From: Lingula anatina
Lineage: Eukaryota > Animalia > Brachiopoda
Assembly (NCBI GenBank): GCA_051362555.1
Contig: CM120644.1
Coordinates: 4,658,954-4,722,953 of the forward strand
Direction of reading: 5' to 3'
Length of the DNA stretch: 64,000 nucleotides
The notes beneath the pieces were generated by a model. The model saw only the letters and a program-made list of their open reading frames with translations. It was not told the DNA's origin and ran no database searches. Shown one piece after another: positions 1-12,375 of this stretch; the stretch's first letter is position 1; each line of letters opens with the position of its first letter. The position numbers and the translations under genes were made by a program.

Positions 1-789
1 TATACACACTAGTTCATATAACACCCAAATCCAATATAGAGGTACATTTCACATGCTGAAGTGTCAAAAAATAAAATTGAATGAATTCAAAGTTGTATTC
101 AATTTTTTAAAACAGTCTATATGTGTATAGAACAAAAATCCACAACTGTCTCAATTTAAATTCAAATTTTTAATTTTTACCATGTCTTAAGGACGCTCTC
201 TCATATTTCAGATTTCATATTTCTGCCCTAGCGATTTTGATTAAAATTGTAAGACAAAATCTTCTTACCATATGAGTAAAAAATATGAAAAAAAAATTGG
301 GGGTCACCACGCTCGTTTTCGAGAGGTGGCGTCCCGAAAAACGCTACGTTTATTACATTGCGTTATATGGGGATTTTGCCAAAATGCCCTTAATTTTGCT
401 GAAAAATGCAGAAATAAAAAAATTCTGCCCTAGCGATTTTAATTTTATGTGGATATGTTATAGATCTTGGTAGACCTCAAAGAAATTTACAAAAAAATAT
501 GTACCACACCATGCTTGTTTTTGAGCCAGGGCTGCTTGAACATCGATTTTTATCAAATTTACATAGGAATCAATGGAAATTTCCAAGCAAATTTAATAAA
601 TGTGTTTTGTATCGTGGGTTTTTTAACTCATACATTTATTTTGCTTCCATGAAAATTATATTTATACTTCTCTGCATCAGCTAACCAAATTTCATAAAGT
701 TTGCTTATCCCATTCATAATAAATAGATATTAATATGTAGAAAGTATCAGTTGGATTTCAGTATGCCTCATGGAATGCCGCCATATTGG

Positions 790-2130
790 ATTTTTCATAG
801 GCTGGACCTACAAGCACATGTATCAATCTCTTGTGACTTTTATCTTCCTATTCCTTTTTTCTTACTGTTTTATACATTTTTAACATTGAGATGGCTGGAT
901 AGATTGTTTGCTTTGTATATTTTAATATACATTGTTTAAACAATGTATCAATTTCTTACTACTGGTACGTTACATGTAGCCATATTTCTTGACAAACGTG
1001 CTTTGGAAACTAGGTGGCAAAAAAGTTAGAATATTCGTCTAAAGACATCTTTTGGTTATCAGTTTATTTCGATTTCATATTATATTTACAACATGAAATC
1101 AAATAAATATATATAATAAATATACATACATTTTTAAAATTTAGGCATTAAAGACATCCTACATGCATTTTTCATATTACTTTATACATTCTGTTACTCT
1201 TTTTTGTGTTTAGATTAATTTTACATATAGAAGACAATAAAGACCATCTAGACCTCTTTGAAATGACATGTGCAAATGCTGATATATTAAACACGACATC
1301 TTGATTTTCCCCCTAAACATGAAGAAATTATTATTATAAACTAGGTATTATGTAGAATTTGCTAAAGGTTGAACACAGGATTTTGTTTTAAATTAAAATT
1401 GAATGGGATGAAATAAAAAATCAAATAACAGGGATCTTCCTGGGTCAAAATCTGGCTGGGCCATTTTTAAAAAATGTGTGCCTTAAATTTTTTGTGATAA
1501 TTCATTATGTTTCAATATTATTTTTTATTTTAATTTTAATCATATTATTTTTCATAGGCTAGGCAAATTGACCAAAAGCATAATTATATCAATCTCATGT
1601 GACTTATTTTCTTATTCCTTTTTATTTTTATTTCTTTTGTTTCTTTATTTTTCTTACTCAGTACTAAAATATGCACTTTATGGTAAGATAGCTGGATAAA
1701 TTGTTTCCTTTGTATATTAACAATGTATCAATTTCTTACTATGGTAAGTTAGTCATATTTCTTTTCTATATATGGAAGATGGTGACAAAAATACTCATCT
1801 ACAGACATCTTTGATTATCAGTTTATTTCTGTTTCATATTATGTTTACAACATGCAATCAAATACATATCAACAGCATATTAATATGCATATTAATTTTA
1901 AAATTAAAAAAATCATACAATTTTTTTATTACTTTTATGCATTTTGTTACTCGTGGTTTTTTGTGTTTGGATTGATTTCACTGAGAAGAAAATAAAGACC
2001 ATCTAGACCTTCTCTTTGAAAAGCAATTACAAATTCTGATATGTTAACCCTGACAGCTTAATTTTTTTCCTAAACATGGAGAAATTATTTTTTTAACAAA
2101 CAAGAATTTGGTAAAGGTTTCACACAGGAT
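790..2130. repeat. Diverged tandem duplication (~760 bp period) inside the Kolobok-like element
   Basis: ~790-1390 aligns with ~1550-2130 (shared ttttcataggct, aacaatgtatcaatttcttact, agacatctt..ttatcagtttatttc, ataaagaccatctagacct, ctaaacatg..gaaattatt). Confidence 0.8.
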
Positions 2131-3088
2131 TTAGTCAATTGACTGGGATAAATTAATAAATCAGAAAAAAAGATTTTCTTCACTTTCATCATTGCAAAAA
2201 TTAACTAAATTTTGTAACTCAAGACTATCTTTTAATGCATTATGGGCTGAATAATTTCTGTGAAGCAATAAATTTACAAACTAAAGTCTCTTGTTTATGA
2301 TTGGGTAAATTAGGATAAAGTTGGAATAAAGTACACTTTATCTTCTAAAATATACTGTTTATTTTCCTAGCATCAAAAAAGTATTACATGTATCTGCATA
2401 AAAACCCTTGGTCCTCTGTTGTGTGTTTTATGGTTTTGTCCATTTGCACTTTAACAAAACCATTACAAGAATGACGTCGCAACACGCCAGGCGGGTGCAC
2501 ACCGGTTGCATCTTTTCTGGAGAGCTGAAAATCGCACTGCAGGTCATATTGTTCAATAACATACTTAAATCAACAACAAAACGCCATGAGTCTAATTATT
2601 TTAACTTATTGTGAAAGAACAGAATTGTTTTCAGCATACAAATCACGGTAACTTGGCCCTGGGTGATCGGAAACCAGTGCTGAAGAAGGCAATGTCTTGT
2701 TGCACACATCGTAACCATGTGATAAATCACCACAATACACATTGTGGTCAAAATGCAATCAATTGTGATTATTTTCCGTGAGATACGATCTTGTCACTGC
2801 TATACAAGCCTTACTAAAACGTTCTTTTCTGTTCCTTCTTCACGTAATTTCTTACATTGCGGCATTTGTAAACAAAGTCGCAAGTGGGTACTTTACGTCG
2901 TAAAAGACCAAGCGTTCACAGATACGCAACGCATTGTTGACATATTCGTAGCGCTTCGACCAAAATAACATCAAAGATTTTATACCGATTTCTTAAAAGG
3001 GTGAATAGGGTCTTCTTAATATTCCCTAATTAATATGCATGACCCTATGACCCAATTTCAAAGCGAGGCTAGGTGGGCAAATAAAGCG

Positions 3089-5093
3089 ATGGAAGCCACA
3101 TGCTCTACACGGGATTTATCTGTTATGCCAGAAATAAGCTTTGGATTTGTAGAGTCATATGTTCGTCGACATGTTGCTAGCTTGGGAGAGAAGAATTTGA
3201 ACAAAGGGTTCAAATATTTCAGCGAACAGTACGTGCACAACATCAAACGTGAGTAAAAGTTTAGCTTGCTTGTAAAAGTTTATCAGTTCACTGAATTCGA
3301 ACTTGTCTGTAGTTAAACACTAGATCGATCTGCTGAAAATTCTTCGGTATATTGTCTCTTTTTTTTTTACTGCCCTCTTTGTACCCCTTTTTTACTCATT
3401 GGATAGTACATTGTTCGGGTATTTTTCATTCTTTTTTCCCGATCGTGTGACTTTTGTTGCACATTCGGATTGATAGTGCTACTTATGCACGCCATGTCGG
3501 ACGTTTGATACTGACTTATAAATGGTCATGTAAGCGTTATTTTAGAGCATTTTCCAACCAAGTTAAAATGTTTTTTAATCAAGAGAAGGCAGGAATGAGT
3601 TCCTATTTTCATTTAACTGTTATATTTGTGTATCATATACATCTTCACACACGTAAACCTACTAGTAAGCGTATTTTCCCCGAAGTTTGGTACACTTATA
3701 AGTAATACCTCAGCATATTATCTGCCAACTACATACTGCCACGATATTTAAGATTAGTTTTTGAACAATTACAATGTCAGTTTTTTCCCACTTTCAGTCT
3801 TTTCCACCACCGAAGGATGCAGAATAACTGCAGGGTGTCACAGGTCCATGAAAAAGAGTGAATCCCCCATACTATGGAAATTTATCTACAGAATATACCC
3901 CTTGATGTCACTTTTGCCAAGTGCACATGTCCAATTGGTCTGAGCAAGTCTTGTGGACATGTAACAGCAACTCTTTATCAATTGGCTCATTATTCATCTT
4001 TAAAATTATCAGCAGTGCCAACTGATATAGTAAAAACATCAATGAGACAGACCTGGCATGAACCAAGGGGTCAGAAAATCAGAGGGGCTGAAGTCAGTTG
4101 TTTGGAGTTCAGAGGATACAACAGACTTGATCCCAAGAAGGAAACGTCTACCATAAAGTCAACCCTCAGTAATCCAGTTAGGACAAAGTTGCCAAGTATA
4201 GTTGATATCAAAGACAAACTGAGAGATGAACATGCAGATTTTCTTTTACTGTCTGTAATTCCCGATATTACTCTTCCCTCTGTCCCCACTAAATATGGTA
4301 GCAAGATTAAAGGAAGTGTGATCAGTTACCAGCAAAAACAACATTCTGACTATATTTTGAATTTATATGATACTGAAGATTTTCCTTCCTTGCCCTGCAA
4401 TGATCACATGGTAAATGTATACGCAGCAGTGATGGACAAAGAAAAATCAGCCAAGTTGGGGACACTTGCAGTGTCTAAGGAGGAAGCTTCTGTCATTGAG
4501 GAGGAAACACGGTTACAGTCAACTGACCCTAAATGGCACAATGTGCGACGTGAACGTATTACTGCATCCAAGGCTGGAGAAGTAATTACTAGAAGAAAAG
4601 ACTTTGAAAAATTGGCAGAGAGGTGGAAGTCTGGTCGGACTGTAGTAACTTCAGCCATGAAACATGGGATTGCATCTGAGTGCCTTGCTGCCCAGGCTTA
4701 TGTGGACAAACTGGACCAAAATGTGAATTTATATCCATGTGGGATAGTTGTTAGTCCCACTGCTTCATGGTTGGCAGCATCCCCAGACAGAAAAGTGTAT
4801 CGCCCCAACAGAACACCTCCCTTTGGGCTTCTGGAAATCAAGTGCCCAGTAACTGGATCAGTTTTAGAGTTGGATTATCTAAAGAAAAATGAGGCAGGTA
4901 TTTTGCTCCTAAAAAAGCGTCACAATTACTACAGGCAGGTAGTTATGCAATTGGCCTGCACAGGACTTGAATGGTGTGATTTTTTGTATGGACAGAAAAT
5001 GACAGTCACCTAGAGACCATTTATTTTGATCAAGTTGAATGGCAGGAGATGAAAGACAAACTAGACATGTTTTTCTTTAATTATTTACTTTGA
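3089..5093 (+). pseudogene. SWIM zinc finger + YqaJ/lambda-exonuclease-like (PD-(D/E)xK) gene of ISL2EU; 2 exons, two 1-nt homopolymer frameshifts
   Basis: Exon 1 3089-3248 (MEATCSTRDL..., GT donor) and exon 2 from 3798 (AG acceptor). Motifs: CTCPIGLSKSCGH (SWIM), WHNVRRERITAS, HGIASE, WLAASPDR, LEIKCP, YYRQVVMQL, WCDF. Adding one C at ~3865-3869 and one T at ~4980-4985 restores the frame to TGA at 5091-5093 (...FFVWTENDSHLETIYFD...YLL*). Confidence 0.85.
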
Positions 5094-5563
5094 AAATACA
5101 GTGGACTTTCATTTTTTGAGCTTTCAAACAGACAGAGATATACATAGCTGAGCAATTGATTATATATGTAAATTAAAGTTAAAATTGAGCAATACTGATT
5201 GTATGATACATAATAAAGAAAGGTATCCATTGAGCAAAACTCTATAAATTATACATATGAAAACATTTGTGATGAATTGCATATTACATAAATATTTTTG
5301 TATGACTGTAACTAGACATGTTTTTCTTTAATTATTTACTTTGAAAAATACAGTGGACTTTCATTTTTTGAGCTTTTAAACAGACACAGATATACATAGC
5401 TGAGCAATTGATAATATATGTAAATTAAAGTTAAAATTGAGCAATACTGATTGTAATGATACATAATAAAGAAAAGTATCCATTGAGCAAAACTCTATAA
5501 ATTATACATATGAAAACATTTGTGATGAATTGCACATAACATAAATATTTTTGTATGACTGTA
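5060..5563. repeat. Near-perfect ~251-bp tandem duplication between the convergent ISL2EU genes
   Basis: actagacatgtttttctttaattatttactttgaaaa...gtatgactgtaa occurs at ~5060-5310 and ~5311-5563. Confidence 0.95.
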
Positions 5564-5621
5564 AGTACTGTGTGAATATCAAATAAAATTTAGAAAATTT
5601 TCACCTGAAGAGAAATTTACA

Positions 5622-6052
5622 TTACATTTCATTAACTTTAATTAACGGTCCTCTCCACAAAGTAAGCAAACATGCTACCGTCCATAACTGATTGATACTG
5701 CCGGCTGTAGATATAGGAATCACACTATCAAACAAGTGGTGCTCTTTTGTCCTTCTAATTGCCCTCTCAACATGAATTCTTAAACTTGCAATTTCCTGTG
5801 TGTTTGCTATTTGGTCAAGGGTAAATTGGGAGTTGAATCGAAATGGTGGAATGTTCAGAGACACCTTTTTTTCTTTAAGCTGGCTGCCAATTGTGAAACC
5901 TTTATCAGCCATTACACTGTCTCCTTCTTCTAAAAGATCCAAATTTTCCTTCGCTCTGGGTCTTCTGGAAACTTGTGAAATGATAACTCTGGATGATAAC
6001 GTTTGTCATTTGTGCACAACGGCACACAACAGTGGTCTTTACCTCCCGGCAT
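5622..6052 (-). pseudogene. ISL2EU transposase with a large internal deletion (THAP N-terminus joined out of frame to the DDE_Tnp_4 C-terminus)
   Basis: ATG at 6052 reads MPGGKDHCCVPLCTNDKRYHPELSFHKFPEDPERRKIWI (THAP start). At TTGGATC (~5936-5942) it switches to DLLEEGDSVMADKGF...LNIPPF...IASLRIHVERAIRRTK (Harbinger-type DDE tail), stop at 5622. Confidence 0.85.
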
Positions 6053-6459
6053 TCTACAGGACTGCCTTCTAGCTTCGTTGCTAAGAATTCGTTTGCCTTT
6101 TTAGCCTCGTTTTCGTAAATTGGGTCAAATCATGCATAATTTTTGAGAAGCGCGTATTACGTATTTTATTGCATGTTATATGTTTATCATTAGCCGCTAT
6201 CGCAAAAAACTACTCATGCGCGAAATCTGCGCAGATCGCAAAAAAAGCTAATATGAGAGAACTACCTTAATTTACATTACTCAAAGAGCCCTAAATGGTA
6301 ACGTATGTTAATTCCCAAAACCTATGATAATGTATTAGTTCCAGGTCACTCAATTTTAATTTTTATACTGCGTCCAATGTATTTTGTATTGATTCAGTAA
6401 TGGCAAATTATACATGATGTAAGGATATGCATTTTATAAATATTTAAACTGAAACTTAA

Positions 6460-7080
6460 AGCAATAATAACTCTTCCTTTGAGATTCAAAATTCCGCATG
6501 AAATACATTGTAAACAATGCATGGAAATATATTCTATTGTATTTTACCACTAAAACGGCCGTTATTGTAGTAAAACTAAAATCTGTGCTTGTCAATAGGG
6601 CTTTCGAAGCTTTCATCAAGGCATTCGTTGCTAATGACGTAATGGTGTCACGCGGATTCTCGCGTTCATTCGAGACCAAAATAACATATGGCGCCAAACG
6701 CATTAATGCGGACGCAGACGTAAGTTGCGAGTTTTTGTACAGTGCGTCGGATAACAAAAAGCCCAGAACGGCACACATTGTGGATATTAATGTATTTTTA
6801 ACAAAAAGACGAATATATCTCATGAATCTTATATAGTGTTGTTGTTGTCTGCTTTTCCCGCGGTTTTAAGTAGGTCAACAGTGACTATGCGATGTCAGAG
6901 AGAGCTCCGTCAGTTAAAATCTCTTAAGAGATTTTAACAAAAAACCGTACGTTTAGGAAAAAAACCCTGGATTAACTTTGAATGCAGGATTGGGGTCGCT
7001 GACCATTGGTAAGTACGGGAAAATTGCCGTTTACTCCAGGAAAATCCAATTTTTGGCCAAAATGAAGAGTTATTATGACT
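6460..7080 (+). mobile_element. TTAA-target MITE (Kolobok/Crypton-like family), copy 1
   Basis: TTAA at 6456-6459 and 7081-7084. TIR AGCAATAATAACTCTTC / GAAGAGTTATTATGACT. Internal 26-bp palindrome GTTAAAATCTCTTAAGAGATTTTAAC (6913-6938). Homologous copy at 23687-24023. Confidence 0.75.
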
Positions 7081-7573
7081 TTAAGTAGCTTTGTATCATG
7101 GCTATACCCAGTTATACTATAGGTACTATGTTCCCCTGGGCCAGAAAAATTGTCAAAAAGTTTCATTTTGTTTAAGTACTTGGTGCAATGGAAAGCAGGA
7201 TCCCCCTCACCCCCCACCCCCCAAAATCCGTCCCTGCTTGATAATATCAATTTTACTTGACCAAAATTTTGATTATTTGATTGATGAAAACTGTTCTGAT
7301 TTAAAATTTCCATAAAAATTTATCACAGTCTAAATAATGGTAATTGTTGCCGAAATGCTGCAACATGTACAAATAGCTATGACAGCTCTTTTATATATAT
7401 ATTGGATATCAAACCATGGATCGATGAACATGGGATCATGTTTAAATATTATCAAACGTAAAATGAATTCTCAATATCATTTTGAAACACTCGTTTTCTA
7501 ATCTTGCCTATTATTTTTCGACATCGAGGCTAGCATAAGGAGGACGACAATCTTCTTGGAAAGGCAGGGCTAG

Positions 7574-7721
7574 AAGGGGAATCCCCTTTTATTTCTATTT
7601 AAAGCAATGACGGAGAGGTTATCCAATCAAAGCTCGTGTTTATGTTGACGTCACGTGGCATGATCGAAGGACAGAGGGAACCTAAATGGCGGGACTGCAG
7701 GTGCCGTAGTCAAAACAACAG
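7574..7721 (+). promoter_or_regulatory. Putative kinase promoter and non-coding first exon
   Basis: GGGGAATCCCC (7576-7586, NF-kB consensus), CCAAT (7623-7627), TGACGTCA overlapping CACGTG (7646-7657), AAATGGCGG (YY1-like, ~7684-7692), then donor ACAG|GTATTT at 7721/7722 ahead of the ATG-bearing exon starting ~8307. Confidence 0.5.
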
Positions 7722-8371
7722 GTATTTACTCGAAAAGTCTACCGAATGCTTACCTTAATTGTAATGACAGTTTTGTTACACATTCGAGCATCTAATTATC
7801 TATGTGTTGTCAATTTATCTGTTTTATTACAAGGAAAATAGATGATTTTTGTGGTGGCAAATATGAAACTGATCGTCCATCTTGGATTCCTTGTTCCACA
7901 CGGTCTTTGTTTACATAGGCGCTGCAATCTGTGGTTACATTCACTCGTTAAAACTTATGTTTTCTGAAGTTTTCCTTCACGATTAAATAGAAATTGTTTT
8001 TGATTGCGCCTCCTCTTGTCACTGAAGTTATTAAAATTTTTCGTTTGTGTGTTATTTGAGTTTGATCAAGATCTTGAGAAGTTTCACTTTAGCCTAGGCC
8101 ATTGTCACCAGGAAGTGGTCATAGTAGAATACTATTGTGACTTTTCTTCTTACGGTTTGATTTTATTAAATATCATCAGTTAATGCTAATTATTAGTGAT
8201 AACAAATAAACCAAAGACATTGCAGTTACGACACGAAATTTTACATCTCGATGGAGATATATCTGTGGCAGCTTTAAGTATAGTATTTTATTTCACACTC
8301 TTTCAGGTGATTAGATTTTAACAAGTATTCACACGAACAGGACATTCATGTAGAGGAATTTTGTAGCCAGC

Positions 8372-8903
8372 ATGCCCACCCCATACGGTAAGTTAATACA
8401 GCATTTATGTGATTGGTATTAAAAATAAAAGAATATTTATTCGCCAACTTAATTATTGTCTTGACTTTGTTTGTTAAACACATTGCACTACTGCAGTTAC
8501 GCCATTTTCAGAAGTTTACTGTCTATTGCATGGAGAGGTTAAACAGTTTATAAAGATGACAAGTATAACAGAGTCCAATTCACATCAGGTTTAGCTAAAA
8601 CTTAACATTGTTTAAATTTAACCACGCAGATAGATCACAAGGACATGCTATGTGTAAATTGACTCCTGCAGGATTTTGGATAAAAATTCCTAAAGAAGTC
8701 TTAAAAGCCTTTTTGCAGGCTCACAAATCCCTTTGTTATAGTTGGCAACATTCCAATGATTTTGTACAGGTATCTATATAGGTCTACTAGTAGATAAAAT
8801 CTTACAGACTAAATAAAGGGTAAATTAAATTTGTCATTTAATGCATTTTTGGTGGTTTTAATTTTAACCTATTAAAATCGATCTTATTAATCAGTATATA
8901 TCA

Positions 8904-8972
<69 letters not shown>

Positions 8973-11900
8973 ATCACACAGATATAGAAGAAAAACAGAT
9001 CTCACTGAAATGAAAATAACACATCCATTTAATTATATACAGAAAAGTGGCTGGTGCCAAAAGAATAATAAGTTGAACCTTCTGCTAGATTTTACTTTTT
9101 CACATTTATTTAGTCAAGCTAAATTGTTTTGTCTTGAGTAAACATTCATTGTGGTGCGACTTGTGAGTTTAGGATAAAAAATCAATTGTTGTTTGAAAAT
9201 GTGGCATTTGGAGTTGTTTTTTATTTGTTCACCAAGGCATGTGATTCATATCGATCGAAGGGCATTGTTGAGTCCATAGGTTATATGAATATTGAGTTGT
9301 GACGCATTGAATGTGAGGAAGTCAATATGCTGATAAAAACTGTTGAAGAAAAAATATTAGACTTGCAGTGATTGGATGTAAATCAGCCAATAAGGCACAG
9401 TATACTACATGATGATAGGAGAAGAACTGTGAACCTGAATAAGGTTTGCCAGCTCTCAGCCAGTGGGTAATCAGTAATGATTGTTTTTACTTGATAAAAA
9501 TTGACCCGAAGTGGTAGGCATTGTGTGTTGGTGAACAGGAAGCTAAGGGTCAAGTAACTAGCAAATGACTTTTTCATTTCTTGAATCAAACAATTTATGA
9601 GTAATCATTTTTTAGAATTCTTCCTGTTTCACTTTGAGAGTACATATTTGTTCAGTGTATTTGGGCAGTTGCCAACAGTAACAAAGCAGCTTTACAAGTC
9701 TGTATAGAGAATATTTTTACTTCAGGTGAATTTATGACTAAATTATTTTCAGTAGAATCATCTTATTAAAGAAAATAGGCTTAGGAAATAGAAAATAAAT
9801 AAAATCAGGTGATCAGCCTGTGCAGGTTTGTTATTGTTATGGTTCACCTAGTAAATGTAGACAATGGCTGGTCTTGCTGTAGAAAGTACAGAATTTTACA
9901 AGATGAAAAAAATAAAAATTATAAAATTAATTATTAATTCAGTGGTTTTCAAATTATCACTTTGTAATTCCAGAATTAGAGTGTGATGTGGGCAGCCACA
10001 CCCAAGACCCTCCCCGAATTGAGGGAGGTATGCCACCAAAGTTGATCCCTCGAGCAGAACCAGTACCACTACCCGAGGGGCTCATCTCAGACCCAACAGG
10101 TGACCAAAACCTGCTGGCAGTTAAAGTGGCAGTTAAAGGACTCGTTGGTGGTGACTCACAAAATGAAAACCCCAGTGAGGCAATGGAGACGGGGATTCAA
10201 CATGGTGGATTGGGTTCCCTGGAAGATCAGAGTGAGGGCTTTGCTCCTAACAATGTACAGAGTCGTACCAGACCCTGTGGTTTCCCAATGACGCCCCAGG
10301 CTCCAGATTTAACTGCCTTCAGCGAAGACACTCCTGTTGGGGCACCAGCAGATGGCAAGCCCACAAAGGCCCAATTTACAGAGGATGAAGAGCTAGAGGC
10401 AAAGAAGATGTTGATGACGGTTGAAAATGAACCAGTGGGACAAGATCTCTCCGCTGTAGCCAAGATTGTGATGCAGGGTGATAGTGAGGCTGCGATGGAA
10501 GAAGATGGCAGTCAGATTGCCGAGGAGCTGGGTATAAACCTGGTGACCAGTGAGAACCAGGAAGACATGGCGTCAGTTGGTAGGTGGCTGCCATTGATAC
10601 AATGTTTCTTTATCAAGGTTCAAAGAGATTTCTTTAAAATTTAAAGAATAGAAATTCAATTAGGTAATATTTAACATTTGGCTTGAGAGTATACGGGTGT
10701 CAAATTTTGCTAGAAAAGACTTGACACCTTTCTTACGTTTTGATCCCCATTCAAGTGTTGGATTCTTATAGTTCATCCAGTGTTATGCATGGGAGTCGGA
10801 GAAAGTAACAGGTGAAGTAAATGTTATTGTTTCATTTACAGAAGAAGTGTACAGTTGTCTTGGACAATTTGAAAGAAGAGTTGTGAGCAAAAAGAAAGTG
10901 CCAGGTGACGAAGAATGTTTATGTATTGTTGCTTATGAAAATTTGTTTTTGCTTCTATTACAGCTGACACATTAAGTGTAAGAGTAGTTGGTTGCCTCGG
11001 TCAGCTTGAAGGAGGCGTGGAAAGCATGAGCATCCAGGAAGCTTCTGGTGTGGTCAGCCATGGGGAAGAATTGGCACAGGTGGGACAAAGTGGAATGGCA
11101 GTGATTTAGTTGCTGTTACTTTTACTGTGAATGATGTTTTTTAGGAATGTTTTGAAACAGGTTTCATAATTAATTTTTACTAATTATGTAGGGGGGGAGG
11201 TCTATTAAAATAAATTATGTTACTAAAACTATGGTTTAACTAGAAAATCAGAATGAGACTGAATAAATGACTGTTCTTTCTAGTTGATTGAATGATGTTG
11301 CTTTTTTGAAATCAAAGTATATGTATTACAATAAAAATGTATATTTGTTTTTAAGGAGCCTGTCACAGTGAGTTTGCAAACGACTGAAGATGCAGTTCAA
11401 GATAACCAACACCAGGTGTCAGCAGATGAAAGCCAAGTGGAGCCAGAAGCAAGACAAGCCAGCATTGCAGTCAGACCACAGTTTCGCAAGATGCACAGTA
11501 TCCCATACACAGCTACTACAGAGTCCGCACAAATCCCTGAAACACCCATACGACCTTCTATACAAGAGGGGACAGGAGCACAGGAATGCGTGGAACAGAT
11601 GGGACAGGGATACTATGAGAGTATCATAAAGAAGATGGAGGAACTGGTCAACGATGCTGAGAAGCGTCGGGGGCTGAGTAGAGAAGTGTTACAACAACTG
11701 AAGAGGAGAGCAGGTAAATTGTAATTACAGATAAATGATAGGGAAATACCATTCACTTGTATCAAGGCTACCAAATAGCAACTTAACTTTGTATCTTCCT
11801 ATAGGATTAAAAATGTAGATGTACATAGCCATGATGAAGTGAAAAAAGGTTTTACTTCAAGTTGTAATTTGTGATTTTATCTTCTGAAGAGAAAAATGTT

Positions 11901-12284
11901 TTCATTTTCTATGATGCTGTCATTGGTTTTAAGTTACTTGAGCACTTTCTGATGTATTACATATATTATTTCAGATAACATCTCAAAGCATTTAAGTGGC
12001 CCCTATTTAGATGAGGTTTTGCTGAAGGAGAGCCATAAACTAGATTTGATACTGAAAAAGCTGAGCCAAAGTTTGGAGCTCACAGAGAGTGACAGTAAAT
12101 GGCTGTTTGATATAGGTATGATAAGAGTTTTTGCTTAAATCAGATGATTAGACTTGGGGTGGAACAGACATGTGAAAAGAGATAACTAGATTTTTAAGCG
12201 TGAATTTGCACCGATTGATTGCTGAGAAATCAGTAAGTTAGAATATAGTAGCAGTTAGGTTTTATTTCAGATAAATACTTGGGG

Positions 12285-12375
<91 letters not shown>

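Larger units (their letters stand above)
3007..6155. mobile_element. ISL2EU (PIF/Harbinger-related) DNA transposon, defective
   Basis: AT dinucleotide on both sides (3005-3006, 6156-6157). Imperfect TIRs AGGGTCTTCT..atgcatga..tgacccaattt..aaagcgaggcta vs revcomp ACGCGCTTCT..atgcatga..tgacccaattt..aaaacgaggcta. Convergent YqaJ exonuclease and THAP/DDE transposase genes match the ISL2EU architecture. Confidence 0.8.
191..6266. mobile_element. Non-autonomous Kolobok-like DNA transposon (TTAA target), hosting the ISL2EU insertion
   Basis: TTAA at 187-190 and 6267-6270. Termini GGACGCTCTCTCATATT (191-207) and revcomp GGTAGTTCTCTCATATT (6250-6266) match at 14/17. GG termini with TTAA fit Kolobok. 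No own transposase seen. Confidence 0.6.

Noticed and set aside
3874-5013. Phage or viral recombinase acquired by horizontal transfer
   Set aside because: It has a spliceosomal intron and sits with a THAP-DDE remnant between TIRs, which is standard ISL2EU content.
6434-6836. Overlapping 112-129 aa ORFs
   Set aside because: They lie within a MITE and show no recognisable motif.
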